This document shows, piece after piece, positions 28,169-38,087 of a stretch of DNA of 64,000 nt (positions are counted from its first letter, which is position 1; every line of letters starts with the position of its first letter). Origin of the DNA: Bdellovibrionales bacterium (GTDB taxonomy: Bacteria > Bdellovibrionota > Bdellovibrionia > Bdellovibrionales > UBA1609). Under the pieces are notes generated by a model, which worked only from the letters and a program-made list of their open reading frames with translations, was not told where the DNA came from and did no database searches. A program made the position numbers and the translations under genes. The stretch covers positions 2,080,001 to 2,144,000 of the forward strand of contig OZ241329.1 in NCBI GenBank assembly GCA_965199825.1, given 5' to 3'.

Positions 28169-29506
28169 TTAGTCTTTTTGATTTGGTTGAGCGGGGTGAA
28201 ATTTTCCATCCTTTAAATCAAAATACAACAAACCCTGTTGTGAGTGTTTTTGGGTGTCCCAAGAGTCAATCACCTGATGATCTGCGCTAAACAAGGGTTG
28301 TATACTAAAATCCTGGCTCACATTTTCGGGCAGTGACTCGAAATCTTGGGTGGTTCGGTCGGTCACAGCGCTAAATAAAGACTTCATCGCATCTTTCAAA
28401 ACCATTCGGCCAGTTGCGAATAAGGGATGGTTCATCATCATTGATGGCTCAAATATCCATGTTCGCATCAAGGTGCTAAACTCATTGTTATGAGGGTAAT
28501 AAAAATCATAACCGCTTGGTGTGCTTGTTCTGTAAAAGTTTTTGCTTGATGTCGCATGAGCTTGAACCGAAACCAAAAAGCGGGCTTTTGCTTTGAGGTA
28601 GAGATCAAGAATATTAATCTTATCAATCGAATAGGTCAAAAGGGTGCGCTCATCAAATTGAAGACTTTGAGCAAGCTGCGCATAATCGGTCCGATCAATT
28701 TCTGAAGTGCTCAAGGCTGCAAGCTTAATCAAGTTGTAGCGCAACTCATTGACCTCATGAGCAAAGGCTTTTTCTTCAAATATAGAGTGATAGTTTAAGA
28801 GTCGAAGGATCGCCTGGGCCACACCCTCACTGATGTTTGCGGGGGAGTTCATGAAACCACCAGAGAGCGAAACATTCAGGCCCAAACTGTAATGTTCGGT
28901 CTCAGAATAAACTAACTTAAGATGAATCTGGCTTAAATTTCGATCGGCATTGAAGACCTGCAGTTCTACAACCTCAGGAAGGTCATTGCGTGCAAAACTG
29001 GATTCATAAGGATTTTGATTGGCCTGTGCGCGGCTGAATTCAGCCTCGATATTTTGCACACCTTTAGGTAATGCATCTTTGTTTACTTTGAGTTTGATCG
29101 GCGAGGCATAAGTGTTGGTGTTTAAAAAATGGATGTCGCTCGCGGTGAATGGAATTTGTGAGTAATAGGCCTGATTGAGCATTGCGCCCACCCATACAGG
29201 AGCTGCCAAAAGTTCTTTGAATTGCGGTGTATCATAAGTTGTGGCCGAAACGGATTGTGTGCCCGAAAACTTGTTGGCTAAAGCTTCAAAAAACGAAGGT
29301 TGCGATTTGCTTGCAACATCGGGTTGAGCCTTTTCACTTAATAGCCGCTTGCACGTGTTACCCAAAGAGGCTCTTCCAAGAGCACTCTTTGCCAAGAGCT
29401 GGTCTGTGTTCGGCTTTTCGTGTTTCATCTTAATTAAAAGATCAGGTATGTAATTTTGGGCTTGTGCAAATAAACTTAAAGAAAGCGCAACGATTAAGTG
29501 AATCAT
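28169..29506 (-). CDS. Secreted hypothetical protein, paralog 1 of 3
   Basis: Signal peptide (..FAQA); shared motifs. Confidence 0.75.
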   Translation of the reverse strand: MIHLIVALSLSLFAQAQNYIPDLLIKMKHEKPNTDQLLAKSALGRASLGNTCKRLLSEKAQPDVASKSQPSFFEALANKFSGTQSVSATTYDTPQFKELLAAPVWVGAMLNQAYYSQIPFTASDIHFLNTNTYASPIKLKVNKDALPKGVQNIEAEFSRAQANQNPYESSFARNDLPEVVELQVFNADRNLSQIHLKLVYSETEHYSLGLNVSLSGGFMNSPANISEGVAQAILRLLNYHSIFEEKAFAHEVNELRYNLIKLAALSTSEIDRTDYAQLAQSLQFDERTLLTYSIDKINILDLYLKAKARFLVSVQAHATSSKNFYRTSTPSGYDFYYPHNNEFSTLMRTWIFEPSMMMNHPLFATGRMVLKDAMKSLFSAVTDRTTQDFESLPENVSQDFSIQPLFSADHQVIDSWDTQKHSQQGLLYFDLKDGKFHPAQPNQKD

Positions 29507-29517
29507 AAGGTTTGATC

Positions 29518-29533
29518 AGCAAAAAAGAAGCCA
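29518..29533 (-). promoter_or_regulatory. Sigma54-like -24/-12 promoter for the paralog trio
   Basis: TGGCTTCTTTTTTGCT, 11 nt upstream of the ATG at 29506. Confidence 0.55.
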
Positions 29534-29549
29534 GCAGATCAGTGTGAAT

Positions 29550-30803
29550 TTACTTGATCAAAAATTCTCGCCAACGCGCAAGATTCTGGGCAGTAATTGA
29601 GACATAACAAACAGTTCCTTGAGATGCGGCCTCGGTTTTTTTGATATGGGATTCGCGTCCCAGCTCGTAAATTTTGAATTCCTGATCTTTTGGAAAATAC
29701 ATTTCTACATCTTCGTCTTTGGCATGGACAGTTTGGCTCATCAGCCGTTTTAACTTTTCGAGACCCTCACCGGTCAACGCACTAATAAACACTCTGGGAA
29801 AGGTGTTGATTTGAAATTGTTTTTCAAAGGGAGCTCGGTCCATCTTGTTATAAACCGTCAAAATGGGCTTTGAATCCCAGCCAAAACCCTTAATCAGTTT
29901 AAGCACTTCGTTCTCTTGGGCCTCTCGCTGATCAGAAGACAAATCGACCACATGAAGTAAAACATCGGCATCTCCAGATTCTTCAAGTGTCGCTTTAAAG
30001 GCTTCGATGAGATGGGTGGGGAGTTTTCGTATAAAGCCCACCGTGTCGGTCATTACCGCAGGGCCCAAATCATCAATAAACAATTTTCGTGTAGTCGGAT
30101 CAAGTGTCGCAAACAGCTGATCTTTTGTAAAAACTTGAGACTGTGTCATGGTGTTGATCAGGGTGCTTTTTCCGCTATTGGTATAGCCGATAAGGGCAAA
30201 GCTTGGGATCTGCTGTTTTTTGCGCAAGGCCCGATGTTGGGAGCGAGAGCGATGAACATTTTCGAGCTGCTTTTTGATTTGCTTGATTCGGTTTTTAATT
30301 CGCCTGCGGTCCACCTCTAAGGCAGTCTCACCAGGCCCACGTGTGCCAATCCCCCCACCAAGTCGTGAGAGCGAGCCCTGCCATGCTCCAACCATTCGGG
30401 GCATCTGATCAAGCATTTGGGCCAGCTCCACTTGGAGTTTTCCTTCGTGGGTTTCAGCGCGTTGGGCAAAGATTTCGAGAATCAACTGGGTGCGATCAAA
30501 GACTCTGACTTTAAGTTCTTGTTCTAAATTTCGACCTTGGGCTCCGGTCAGCTGATGATCGATCACCACAAACTGACTTTTGGTTTCCTCAATAAGGGCT
30601 TTGATTTCTAAAACTTTACCAGAGCCTAAGAGTGTTGCCGGATTGTAAGACGGCAACACCTGAACCACATGACCGACCACTTCAAATCGCGCCGAGGTTG
30701 CAAGCTCCTCAAGCTCTAAGAGGCTTTCTTTAATTTCGGGAAAGGAATCCGATTTAAGACCGACACCAACAACAATTGCTAAAACATTTTTTGTAGCACT
30801 CAT
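29550..30803 (-). CDS. hflX: GTPase HflX
   Basis: LILEIFAQRA, GIGTRGPGET, GYTNSGKST, LFATLDPT, DTVGF, NKMD. Confidence 0.96.
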   Translation of the reverse strand: MSATKNVLAIVVGVGLKSDSFPEIKESLLELEELATSARFEVVGHVVQVLPSYNPATLLGSGKVLEIKALIEETKSQFVVIDHQLTGAQGRNLEQELKVRVFDRTQLILEIFAQRAETHEGKLQVELAQMLDQMPRMVGAWQGSLSRLGGGIGTRGPGETALEVDRRRIKNRIKQIKKQLENVHRSRSQHRALRKKQQIPSFALIGYTNSGKSTLINTMTQSQVFTKDQLFATLDPTTRKLFIDDLGPAVMTDTVGFIRKLPTHLIEAFKATLEESGDADVLLHVVDLSSDQREAQENEVLKLIKGFGWDSKPILTVYNKMDRAPFEKQFQINTFPRVFISALTGEGLEKLKRLMSQTVHAKDEDVEMYFPKDQEFKIYELGRESHIKKTEAASQGTVCYVSITAQNLARWREFLIK

Positions 30804-30812
30804 CAATTAGGG

Positions 30813-33098
30813 CTATTGCTCCTTATAGGCCTGAGCCTCGAGGGCTGTCAGCACGATGCTGTTGACAATGTCATCCACAGTGCAAGTGCGCTGCAAAACA
30901 TTTGCCGGTTTTTTAACACCCAATAAAAATGGCCCAAGCACTTCGCCGCCGCCAAGTTGTTGCACAAGTTTATAAGAAATATTTCCGGCATCAAGTGTTG
31001 GAAAAATCAAAATATTTGCTCCGCCCTTGATATCGCAAAACGGAAAAATACGATCAACAATATCAGGATTGATCGCGGTGTCGGCCTGCATTTCTCCATC
31101 GACAATAATATCGGGGTAGCGCTCTTTGACTAAGCGGGCCGCTTCGCGCATTTTTTTTGGCGATTCTTTTTTGGCCGCAAAATTTGAAAATGAAAGCATT
31201 GCGATTTTTGGCTCCACTTTAAAATAGCGTGCAATGCGTGAGGTATGAATTGCAATGGTGGCAATCTGCTCGGCTGTGGGATCAATATTCATTGTGGTGT
31301 CGGCAAAAAAGAGCATGCGATCTTTAAACAGAACAATATTTAAGCCCGATGCGGTTTTGCGCCGACCAGTGCCGATGATTTCTAAGATCGGCCGCACACA
31401 ATCGGCATAAGTTTGGGTGGCCCCTGTGACCATCCCGTCGGCATCATTCAAGTGCACCGCCATTGCGGCAAAATAATTGGGATCGGTCATCAGACGGTCC
31501 GCTTCAGCGCGCATCACGCCTCTGCGCTTTCGGCCTTCGTAAAAAGCTTGAACGTAAGTGTCAAAATGAGGGTGCTGCGATGGAAAATGAACAGGCACGT
31601 GACCAAGCTCATCAAACAAACCGAGCTCATGCATTTTTTGATGCACCAGTGTGGGATCTCCCAACAACACAGGACGCACCACTTTTTCGTTTCGCAAAAC
31701 ACTCAAGGCTTTTAAAACTTTTGTGGAACGACCTTCGGGGAAAATTAAGAGCGGCACATCTTCTTCGCGTTTTTTTGCCCGCGCTTTGATTTTATTCATA
31801 TAGGTACGAATAAATCCGCGACTCACACTTTGAAGGGCCTCTAATTTTTCACGGTAAGCTCGAAAGCTTGTAATCGGGATGCGGGCAACGCCGGAATCCA
31901 TCGCCGCTTTTGCGACAGCCGGAGCCACTTTTAAGAGCACACGGTTATCAAATGGTTTTGGAATAATATAATCAGGACCAAACGAAAAAAGTTTATTCGC
32001 ATAAGCGGTGGACACACTCTCGGGTACGTCTTCACGAGCAAGTTCAGCAAGCGCATGGACGGCTGCTAATTTCATTTCTTCGTTGATTTGGGTCGCTCTC
32101 ACATCAAGAGCACCCCGAAAAATAAATGGAAATCCCAAAACATTATTCACTTGGTTTGGAAAATCACTGCGGCCGGTCGCAATAATACAATCGGGTCTGA
32201 TTTTTCGCGCAAATTCGGGATGAACTTCGGGATCGGGATTGGCCATCGCAAAGATGATTGGTTTTTCATTCATCGCGCGCAGCATCTCTTCGTTTAAAAC
32301 CCCGGCGACACTGAGTCCGATGAACACATCAGCACCGTTTAAGGCCTCTGTGAGAGTTCGCCGATTGGTTTCAATCGCGAATTCTTCTTTCCATTTGTTC
32401 ATTCCCTTTTCGCGGCCTTTAAAAATCACCCCATGGGAATCACACATCAAAATATTTTCTGGCAAAACACCTAGGCTCTTATAAATTCGTGCACATGAAA
32501 TTGCGGCAGCCCCTGCGCCGTTAAACACAACTTTTGCATCTTTGATTTCACGTTTTGTCACAAGGCACGCATTGATCATGGCCGCAGCCGAAATAATCGC
32601 GGTGCCGTGTTGATCATCATGAAAAACAGGAATTTGAAGTTCTTTTTTTAAAGTCTCTTCGATCACGAAACAATCTGGTGCTGCAATGTCTTCGAGATTG
32701 ATTCCGCCAAAGGTGGGCTCAAGGGCTCTTACCACCGCAATAAATTCATCAGCGGTTTTGGCGTTGAGTTCGATATCAAACACATCGATGTCGGCAAATT
32801 GTTTAAATAAAACACCTTTGCCCTCCATCACCGGCTTACCGGCTAAAGGTCCAATGTTTCCTAATCCGAGCACAGCGGTTCCATTGGTAATGACCGCAAC
32901 TAAATTTCCTTTGCTTGTGTACTCGTAAGCTTTTGACGGATCTTTTGCGATCTCTTTACAAGGGGCCGCAACACCGGGCGAGTAGGCAAGCGCAAGCGAA
33001 TGCTCGGTGTTACAGGGCTTACTTGAGATAACTTCGACTTTTCCGGGTTTTGGTTTTGAGTGATATTCGAGGGCTTCGGCATCAAGAGTTTTGTTCAT
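30813..33098 (-). CDS. maeB: NADP-dependent malic enzyme fused to a PTA-like domain
   Basis: AYSPGVA, NGTAVLGLG, KPVMEGK, FHDDQHGT, ATGRSDFPNQVNN, C-terminal DGEMQAD/GNISYK. Start at 33098 supported by promoter geometry. Confidence 0.95.
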   Translation of the reverse strand: MNKTLDAEALEYHSKPKPGKVEVISSKPCNTEHSLALAYSPGVAAPCKEIAKDPSKAYEYTSKGNLVAVITNGTAVLGLGNIGPLAGKPVMEGKGVLFKQFADIDVFDIELNAKTADEFIAVVRALEPTFGGINLEDIAAPDCFVIEETLKKELQIPVFHDDQHGTAIISAAAMINACLVTKREIKDAKVVFNGAGAAAISCARIYKSLGVLPENILMCDSHGVIFKGREKGMNKWKEEFAIETNRRTLTEALNGADVFIGLSVAGVLNEEMLRAMNEKPIIFAMANPDPEVHPEFARKIRPDCIIATGRSDFPNQVNNVLGFPFIFRGALDVRATQINEEMKLAAVHALAELAREDVPESVSTAYANKLFSFGPDYIIPKPFDNRVLLKVAPAVAKAAMDSGVARIPITSFRAYREKLEALQSVSRGFIRTYMNKIKARAKKREEDVPLLIFPEGRSTKVLKALSVLRNEKVVRPVLLGDPTLVHQKMHELGLFDELGHVPVHFPSQHPHFDTYVQAFYEGRKRRGVMRAEADRLMTDPNYFAAMAVHLNDADGMVTGATQTYADCVRPILEIIGTGRRKTASGLNIVLFKDRMLFFADTTMNIDPTAEQIATIAIHTSRIARYFKVEPKIAMLSFSNFAAKKESPKKMREAARLVKERYPDIIVDGEMQADTAINPDIVDRIFPFCDIKGGANILIFPTLDAGNISYKLVQQLGGGEVLGPFLLGVKKPANVLQRTCTVDDIVNSIVLTALEAQAYKEQ

Positions 33099-33105
33099 CT
33101 TTGTG

Positions 33106-33175
33106 AATGTAGGGACTGGGGTGCGGACTGTCAATTGCGCATCGATTGACAACAAATGACTTAAAGGCGCACGAT
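33106..33175. promoter_or_regulatory. Back-to-back divergent sigma70 promoters (maeB / fadIJ)
   Basis: TGTCAAT-N9-ATTGACA at 33129-33151 gives TTGACA on both strands. Minus strand: TTGACA-N17-TACATT-N7-ATG. Plus strand: TTGACA-N18-CACGAT. Confidence 0.65.
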
Positions 33176-33208
33176 TTTGTTTGAACATCTTGTGGGGGAG
33201 AATCCAAC

Positions 33209-34507
33209 ATGCCTAATAATCGAGACGTCGTCATCGTTGACGGCATTCGTACACCCTTTGCCAAAGCAGGTACAAAATTAAAAAGTGTTCATCCTGCTGA
33301 GCTTGGTCATATTGCGGTCAAAGAATTACTTGCGCGCACCCAAGTGAATGTCGAAGAGATCGACGAAGTGATCATCGGTAATACCGGAAACCCTTCTGAT
33401 GCGGTCAATGTTTCGCGCGTGGTGGCTTTGCGCTCAGGCATTCCACAAAAAGTTTCTGCATTTACGGTGCATCGCAATTGTGCCTCAGCGTTAGAAAGTA
33501 TTTCGATTGGTTTTGATAAAATTAAATCGGGTATGGCCGATGTTGTGGTTGCGGGCGGCACCGAGAGTATGTCGCAAATGCCCATGATTTTTTCGCAAGA
33601 ATTTGCCGACGTATTTGGCGAGTTTGCTTTTGCCAAAAGTCTTGGGGCCAAATTTTCGGCATTAAAAAAATTAAAATTAAAATATCTCAAACCCCGCATT
33701 GCGGTGGTCGAAGGTTTAACCGATCCTTTTGTTGGGATCAATATGGGTCAAACCGCAGAAATTATCGCCAAAGACTTTGGCCTGACCCGCGAGCAACAAG
33801 ATGAGTACGCATCAGAGAGTCATCATAAGGCGGTGGCGGCCCAAAAATCAGGACGATTGGCCGAAGAGATCACCCCGGTTTTTTTACCACCCAAATATAA
33901 AGAAGTGATCGCAAATGATGTGGGGCCTCGTGATGGTCAGTCACCAGCACAATTGGCAAAGCTAAAACCATTTTTTGATCGCAAGTATGGAACGATCACG
34001 GTGGGCAATGCTTGCCCTATTACGGATGGTGCAGCTGCGGTGTTGTTGATGAGTCGCGAAAAAGCACTCAGTCTTGGATACAAACCTCAGATCACCATTC
34101 GCAGTTACGGATTTGCGGGTCTTGAGCCTGAGCGCATGGGACTTGGGCCTGTGTACTCCACACCAAAAGCGCTCGCGCGTGCGGGATTAAAATTAAAAGA
34201 CATGGGACTTGTTGAACTCAACGAAGCATTTGCCGCCCAAGTGTTGGGTTGTATCCGTGCTTTTGAAAGTAAAAGTTTTGCTCAAGAAAAATTGGGTTTA
34301 TCAGAAGCTGTGGGCGAGATTCGTTTGGATCGTTTGAATGTGAATGGCGGAGCGATTGCGCTTGGTCATCCTGTTGGAGCCACCGGCACACGACTTGTTT
34401 TAACTTTGATGCGCGAAATGATGAAGCGCCAAGAGCAGTTTGGCCTTGCCACATTATGTATTGGTGGCGGCCAAGGGGGCTCAATGATTTTAGAGAGAGA
34501 GGCATAA
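33209..34507 (+). CDS. fadI: 3-ketoacyl-CoA thiolase (FadI-type)
   Basis: RTPF, RNCAS (Cys), NEAFA, GHPVGATG, CIGGGQG. Adjacent to fadJ. Confidence 0.9.
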   Translation: MPNNRDVVIVDGIRTPFAKAGTKLKSVHPAELGHIAVKELLARTQVNVEEIDEVIIGNTGNPSDAVNVSRVVALRSGIPQKVSAFTVHRNCASALESISIGFDKIKSGMADVVVAGGTESMSQMPMIFSQEFADVFGEFAFAKSLGAKFSALKKLKLKYLKPRIAVVEGLTDPFVGINMGQTAEIIAKDFGLTREQQDEYASESHHKAVAAQKSGRLAEEITPVFLPPKYKEVIANDVGPRDGQSPAQLAKLKPFFDRKYGTITVGNACPITDGAAAVLLMSREKALSLGYKPQITIRSYGFAGLEPERMGLGPVYSTPKALARAGLKLKDMGLVELNEAFAAQVLGCIRAFESKSFAQEKLGLSEAVGEIRLDRLNVNGGAIALGHPVGATGTRLVLTLMREMMKRQEQFGLATLCIGGGQGGSMILEREA

Positions 34508-34509
34508 AC

Positions 34510-36654
34510 GTGAGTTTTCAAGAGAGCATAAAAATTAGTCCAAAAGGTCATGTGGCCATTCTCGAATTTGATTTGGCAGGAGAAAAAGTCAACAAACTCT
34601 CCTCACCCGTGATGTCGCGTTTGCGTGAGGTCATTCAAGAATTGAAATCCTCGAGCTACAAAGCGGTGGTTGTTGTTTCAAAAAAACCAAAAATATTTAT
34701 CGCGGGCGCAGATATCGAAGAGATTAAAAAACTCACACGACCCGAGGAATACGCAAAAGTTTTAGAACAAGCTCACGAAATTTTTAATGCCTTTGAGGAT
34801 TTGCCGATGCCAACAATCATGGCAATCCACGGCGCCTGTTTGGGTGGAGGACTTGAGTTTGCGCTCTGTGCGGACTACCGCATTTGTTCCGATGATGACG
34901 GCACCAAGTTAGGATTGCCCGAAACAAAACTTGGAATCATTCCCGGATTTGGCGGATGCATTCGGCTACCCCGAGTGATTGGGCTCCAAAGTGCGCTTGA
35001 TATTATTCTTGCGGGCAAAGCAGTGGCAGGTAAAAAAGCGGTGAAGATGGGGCTCGTGGATGAGTGTGTGCCCCATGGAATTTTAGAGGCCAAAGCTCTG
35101 CAATATGCCGCCGAATGTGCCCAAGGCCAAAAAACAAAACGCAAAAAAACTTTTAAAGCCCAAGGCCTGGGTAAAATTTTAGAATCTTTTATCGGCCGGC
35201 CGATTGTGTTTTCTCAAGCACGCAAAATGGTGATGAGTCAGAGTAAGGGATTTTATCCCGCTCCGTTAAAAGCGTTGGAGGTAATTAAAAAAACCTATCC
35301 CTCGAGCAATCGCGAAAAAGCTTTAAAGATCGAACAAGAAGGTTTTTGCGAAGTGGCCGTCACCGCGGTGAGCAAAAATTTGATCAATGTTTTTTTTATG
35401 ATGGAAGCGGTTAAAAAACAAACCGGCATTTCGGCATCGGTCCTCCCAAAAAAAGTAAAAGCGATTGGAGTGCTCGGTGCAGGAACCATGGGTGGCGGAG
35501 TGGCCCAAGTGGCGGCCGATCGCGGGATCGAAGTGCGCCTCAAAGATATCAACACCGGAGCTTTGGCAATTGGTTATAAGGCAGCTCGTGATGTGTGGCA
35601 AAAAATGATGCAACGAAAGCAAATCACCAAATACGATCTCGATCGTAAAATGGCTTTGATCAGCGGTGGAATTGATTACGCAGGTTTCAAAAAACTCGAT
35701 GTGACCATCGAAGCCATTGTCGAAGATATGAACGTCAAAAAAAAGGTTTTAAAAGAAACCGAAGGTCAACTGAGACCCGATGCTTTTTTAGCCACAAACA
35801 CTTCCTCCTTAAGTGTGACCGAAATGGCCGAAGCCTTGGAGCGTCCCGAAAATTTTGTGGGCATGCATTTTTTTAATCCGGTAAATAAAATGCCTTTAGT
35901 CGAAGTGATTCGTGGTGTGAAATCAAGCGATGAGGCTACAGCAACAGTGTTTGAGCTTGCAAAAAAAATGGGTAAAATGCCGGTCGTGGTAAAAGACGGC
36001 ACAGGATTTTTGGTCAATCGTCTGCTTTTACCTTGGATGATTGAAGGCCTATTTATTTTGCAAGATGGAATGAGTATTGAAAAAGTTGATCATATGTACA
36101 CCCATCATTTTGGAATGCCCATGGGGCCATTTCGATTGATGGACGAAGTGGGTCTTGATGTGTGCATTAAGATCGTTAAAATTTTTCGCAAATCCTTGGG
36201 CGAGCGGATTGAAGTCCCAGCAATTACCGAGCTCTTAGGTGCGAGCGGCCGCCTTGGTCGAAAAAACGGTAAAGGTTTTTATCTCTATGACGAATCGGGA
36301 AAACAATTGGGTGTGGACAAGGCAATTTATGCTGAACTTAAACTCAAAGAGCCTACAAATCCGTTAACCGAAAAAGAGTGCATTGAGCGCGGAATTTTTC
36401 AGATGATCAATGAGGCGGCCCTTGCGCTCATTGAAGATCATATTGTTGAGGAACCACAAAATGTGGACTTGGCAATGATTATGGGTACGGGCTTTCCGCC
36501 CTTTCGTGGCGGGCTTTTACGATATGCCGACACCATTGGAACAAAAACCATTGTTCAAGAGCTCGAAGGTTACGCTTCGCGCTTTGGTCCGCGTCTAAAG
36601 CCATCGATTCCTCTCGTCAACCTTGCAAAAAGCGAGAAGACTTTCTACTCCTAA
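34510..36654 (+). CDS. fadJ: Fatty acid oxidation complex alpha subunit (hydratase plus 3-hydroxyacyl-CoA dehydrogenase)
   Basis: FIAGADI, CLGGGLE, GLPE..LGIIPGFGG, GAGTMGGG, TNTSSL, HFFNP, GFPPFRGG. Confidence 0.92.
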   Translation: MSFQESIKISPKGHVAILEFDLAGEKVNKLSSPVMSRLREVIQELKSSSYKAVVVVSKKPKIFIAGADIEEIKKLTRPEEYAKVLEQAHEIFNAFEDLPMPTIMAIHGACLGGGLEFALCADYRICSDDDGTKLGLPETKLGIIPGFGGCIRLPRVIGLQSALDIILAGKAVAGKKAVKMGLVDECVPHGILEAKALQYAAECAQGQKTKRKKTFKAQGLGKILESFIGRPIVFSQARKMVMSQSKGFYPAPLKALEVIKKTYPSSNREKALKIEQEGFCEVAVTAVSKNLINVFFMMEAVKKQTGISASVLPKKVKAIGVLGAGTMGGGVAQVAADRGIEVRLKDINTGALAIGYKAARDVWQKMMQRKQITKYDLDRKMALISGGIDYAGFKKLDVTIEAIVEDMNVKKKVLKETEGQLRPDAFLATNTSSLSVTEMAEALERPENFVGMHFFNPVNKMPLVEVIRGVKSSDEATATVFELAKKMGKMPVVVKDGTGFLVNRLLLPWMIEGLFILQDGMSIEKVDHMYTHHFGMPMGPFRLMDEVGLDVCIKIVKIFRKSLGERIEVPAITELLGASGRLGRKNGKGFYLYDESGKQLGVDKAIYAELKLKEPTNPLTEKECIERGIFQMINEAALALIEDHIVEEPQNVDLAMIMGTGFPPFRGGLLRYADTIGTKTIVQELEGYASRFGPRLKPSIPLVNLAKSEKTFYS

Positions 36655-36659
36655 GTGCT

Positions 36660-37739
36660 ATGCCTTCGCACTTTCACTTTAATGCCAAGATTTTGGGTTC
36701 GATCTTAAAAGCGGATTCGCCGCTGGAGATCAGAACCCTTGATCTTCAGAATCTCAATCAAGCCAATGATTTTATCAAAGCCTACGGATATGATTTGAAT
36801 CTCCCAGAGGATGAACAAAAATTATGGGACTATCATAAAAGAGCCTGTGATTTTATTTCGAGCGAACTTTTAAATTCAAACGAGCATATCCCCGAAGCCA
36901 TTTCGAATCGCGAACTGCTCAAAGATCTTAAATATCTTTTGATTTATGCAAGCACCCAAGATTCGCGGCCCGAGAGCTTAAAGGCTTGGTCTTGCGCACT
37001 ATTGAGGGTGATGCATGTGCTCGCCCATATTCATAACGATTTGTTTACCGCTTACTCCTCACAAATCAGTGAGCAGATTGTAAAGCCCTTTCAAAATTGT
37101 GTGTTTGAAGAAGATGAAACTTTATTTTTGGGATCAAAGTCAGAGACCGAGCGCATCGAGCTCAAAAAATTTGAAATCAAATCTTTTAAAAGCAGTGACT
37201 CTTCAATCCTAAAATTGTTGGCAAAACGCGAAGCCATTGCCTTCGGAATTTTAGACAAGATTGGGATCCGATTTATCACCGCCACCAAGTTTGATACCTT
37301 TCGAGTTCTGCGCTACCTCAATGACAAAAGTATAATTAGTTTTCCACAAGGTGTGGTGGGGCAGAGTAACAATACGCTTTATCCCTTTAATTTATTTTTA
37401 GAGGTGATGGAGTCTTTGAGTTCGGGCCACAATTTAACCTCAGAACAAGTGGATGAGCTTTTAGACAGCAAGCTCAAAGAAGAATCCTTGAGGGCCGAAT
37501 ACATCGAAAAAACAAACATCTTTTCGGGCACCGATTATAAATTTATAAAATTTATTTCTCGCAGGCTTATTCGGATTTCACTCAGTGGAAGCCAATTTTC
37601 ATTTTTTTATCCCTTTGAAGTTCAACTGATTGATGCAAAAACTCATGCCCAAAACCTTTTTGGCGCAAGCTCTCACGACGAGTACAAAAAGCGCCAGCGC
37701 GGCGCCGCCCGCCGCCGGATTTTGGGTGAAGGGGCTTGA
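36660..37739 (+). CDS. TIGR04552-like protein with RelA/SpoT-type nucleotidyltransferase motifs
   Basis: KSSDSSILKLLAK, ILDKIGIRF, DYKFIKF, PFEVQL, SHDEYKKRQ. Family name recalled from memory. Confidence 0.7.
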   Translation: MPSHFHFNAKILGSILKADSPLEIRTLDLQNLNQANDFIKAYGYDLNLPEDEQKLWDYHKRACDFISSELLNSNEHIPEAISNRELLKDLKYLLIYASTQDSRPESLKAWSCALLRVMHVLAHIHNDLFTAYSSQISEQIVKPFQNCVFEEDETLFLGSKSETERIELKKFEIKSFKSSDSSILKLLAKREAIAFGILDKIGIRFITATKFDTFRVLRYLNDKSIISFPQGVVGQSNNTLYPFNLFLEVMESLSSGHNLTSEQVDELLDSKLKEESLRAEYIEKTNIFSGTDYKFIKFISRRLIRISLSGSQFSFFYPFEVQLIDAKTHAQNLFGASSHDEYKKRQRGAARRRILGEGA

Positions 37740-37795
37740 GGGTTTGGTGGGGTTTTGGTTTGGGGTTTGCGTTGGTGAGCTGCCTGCTGTGGCCT

Positions 37796-38087
37796 TGAAC
37801 TTGCTGTCGATTTGATTTCAAAAAAAGTAAGAATGGATTGTCTTAAATCGTTTGCTCCTGATTTGATTACCCAGAGCTTTGAATTTTTGTGACGATTAGA
37901 CCAAGCTTGGTTTGCTGAATACTTAATTTGTGACGAATTGACCGGCGCATAGTCTCTTCAAAGGTTCAAATTTTTGCGACGATTTGATCTGAACTTGGTG
38001 AGCCGGAATAATTAAACTTTTGTGACGTTTTGACTGAGCTTGTTTACCCAGATCGTTTAAATTTAAATGTCGATTTGATTAAAGCCT
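37796..38087. repeat. Degenerate direct repeat array, ~46-bp period, consensus AAATTTTTGTGACGATTTGACyGAGCTTGGT
   Basis: Units start at 37881, 37922, 37968, 38014 and 38059 (spacing 41/46/46/45), with a weaker copy at 37796. Confidence 0.8.

Noticed and set aside
33099..33188. N-terminal extension of maeB
   Set aside because: It spans the divergent promoter region. The malic-enzyme-like sequence starts near MNKTLDAEALEYH.
37582..37821. Short ORFs on both strands across the GT-rich tract
   Set aside because: They overlap the TIGR04552-like gene and low-complexity DNA, so they are likely spurious.
37796..38087. Repeat array as a CRISPR array
   Set aside because: The repeats are too degenerate, the variable segments are only ~15 bp, and there are no cas genes in the window.
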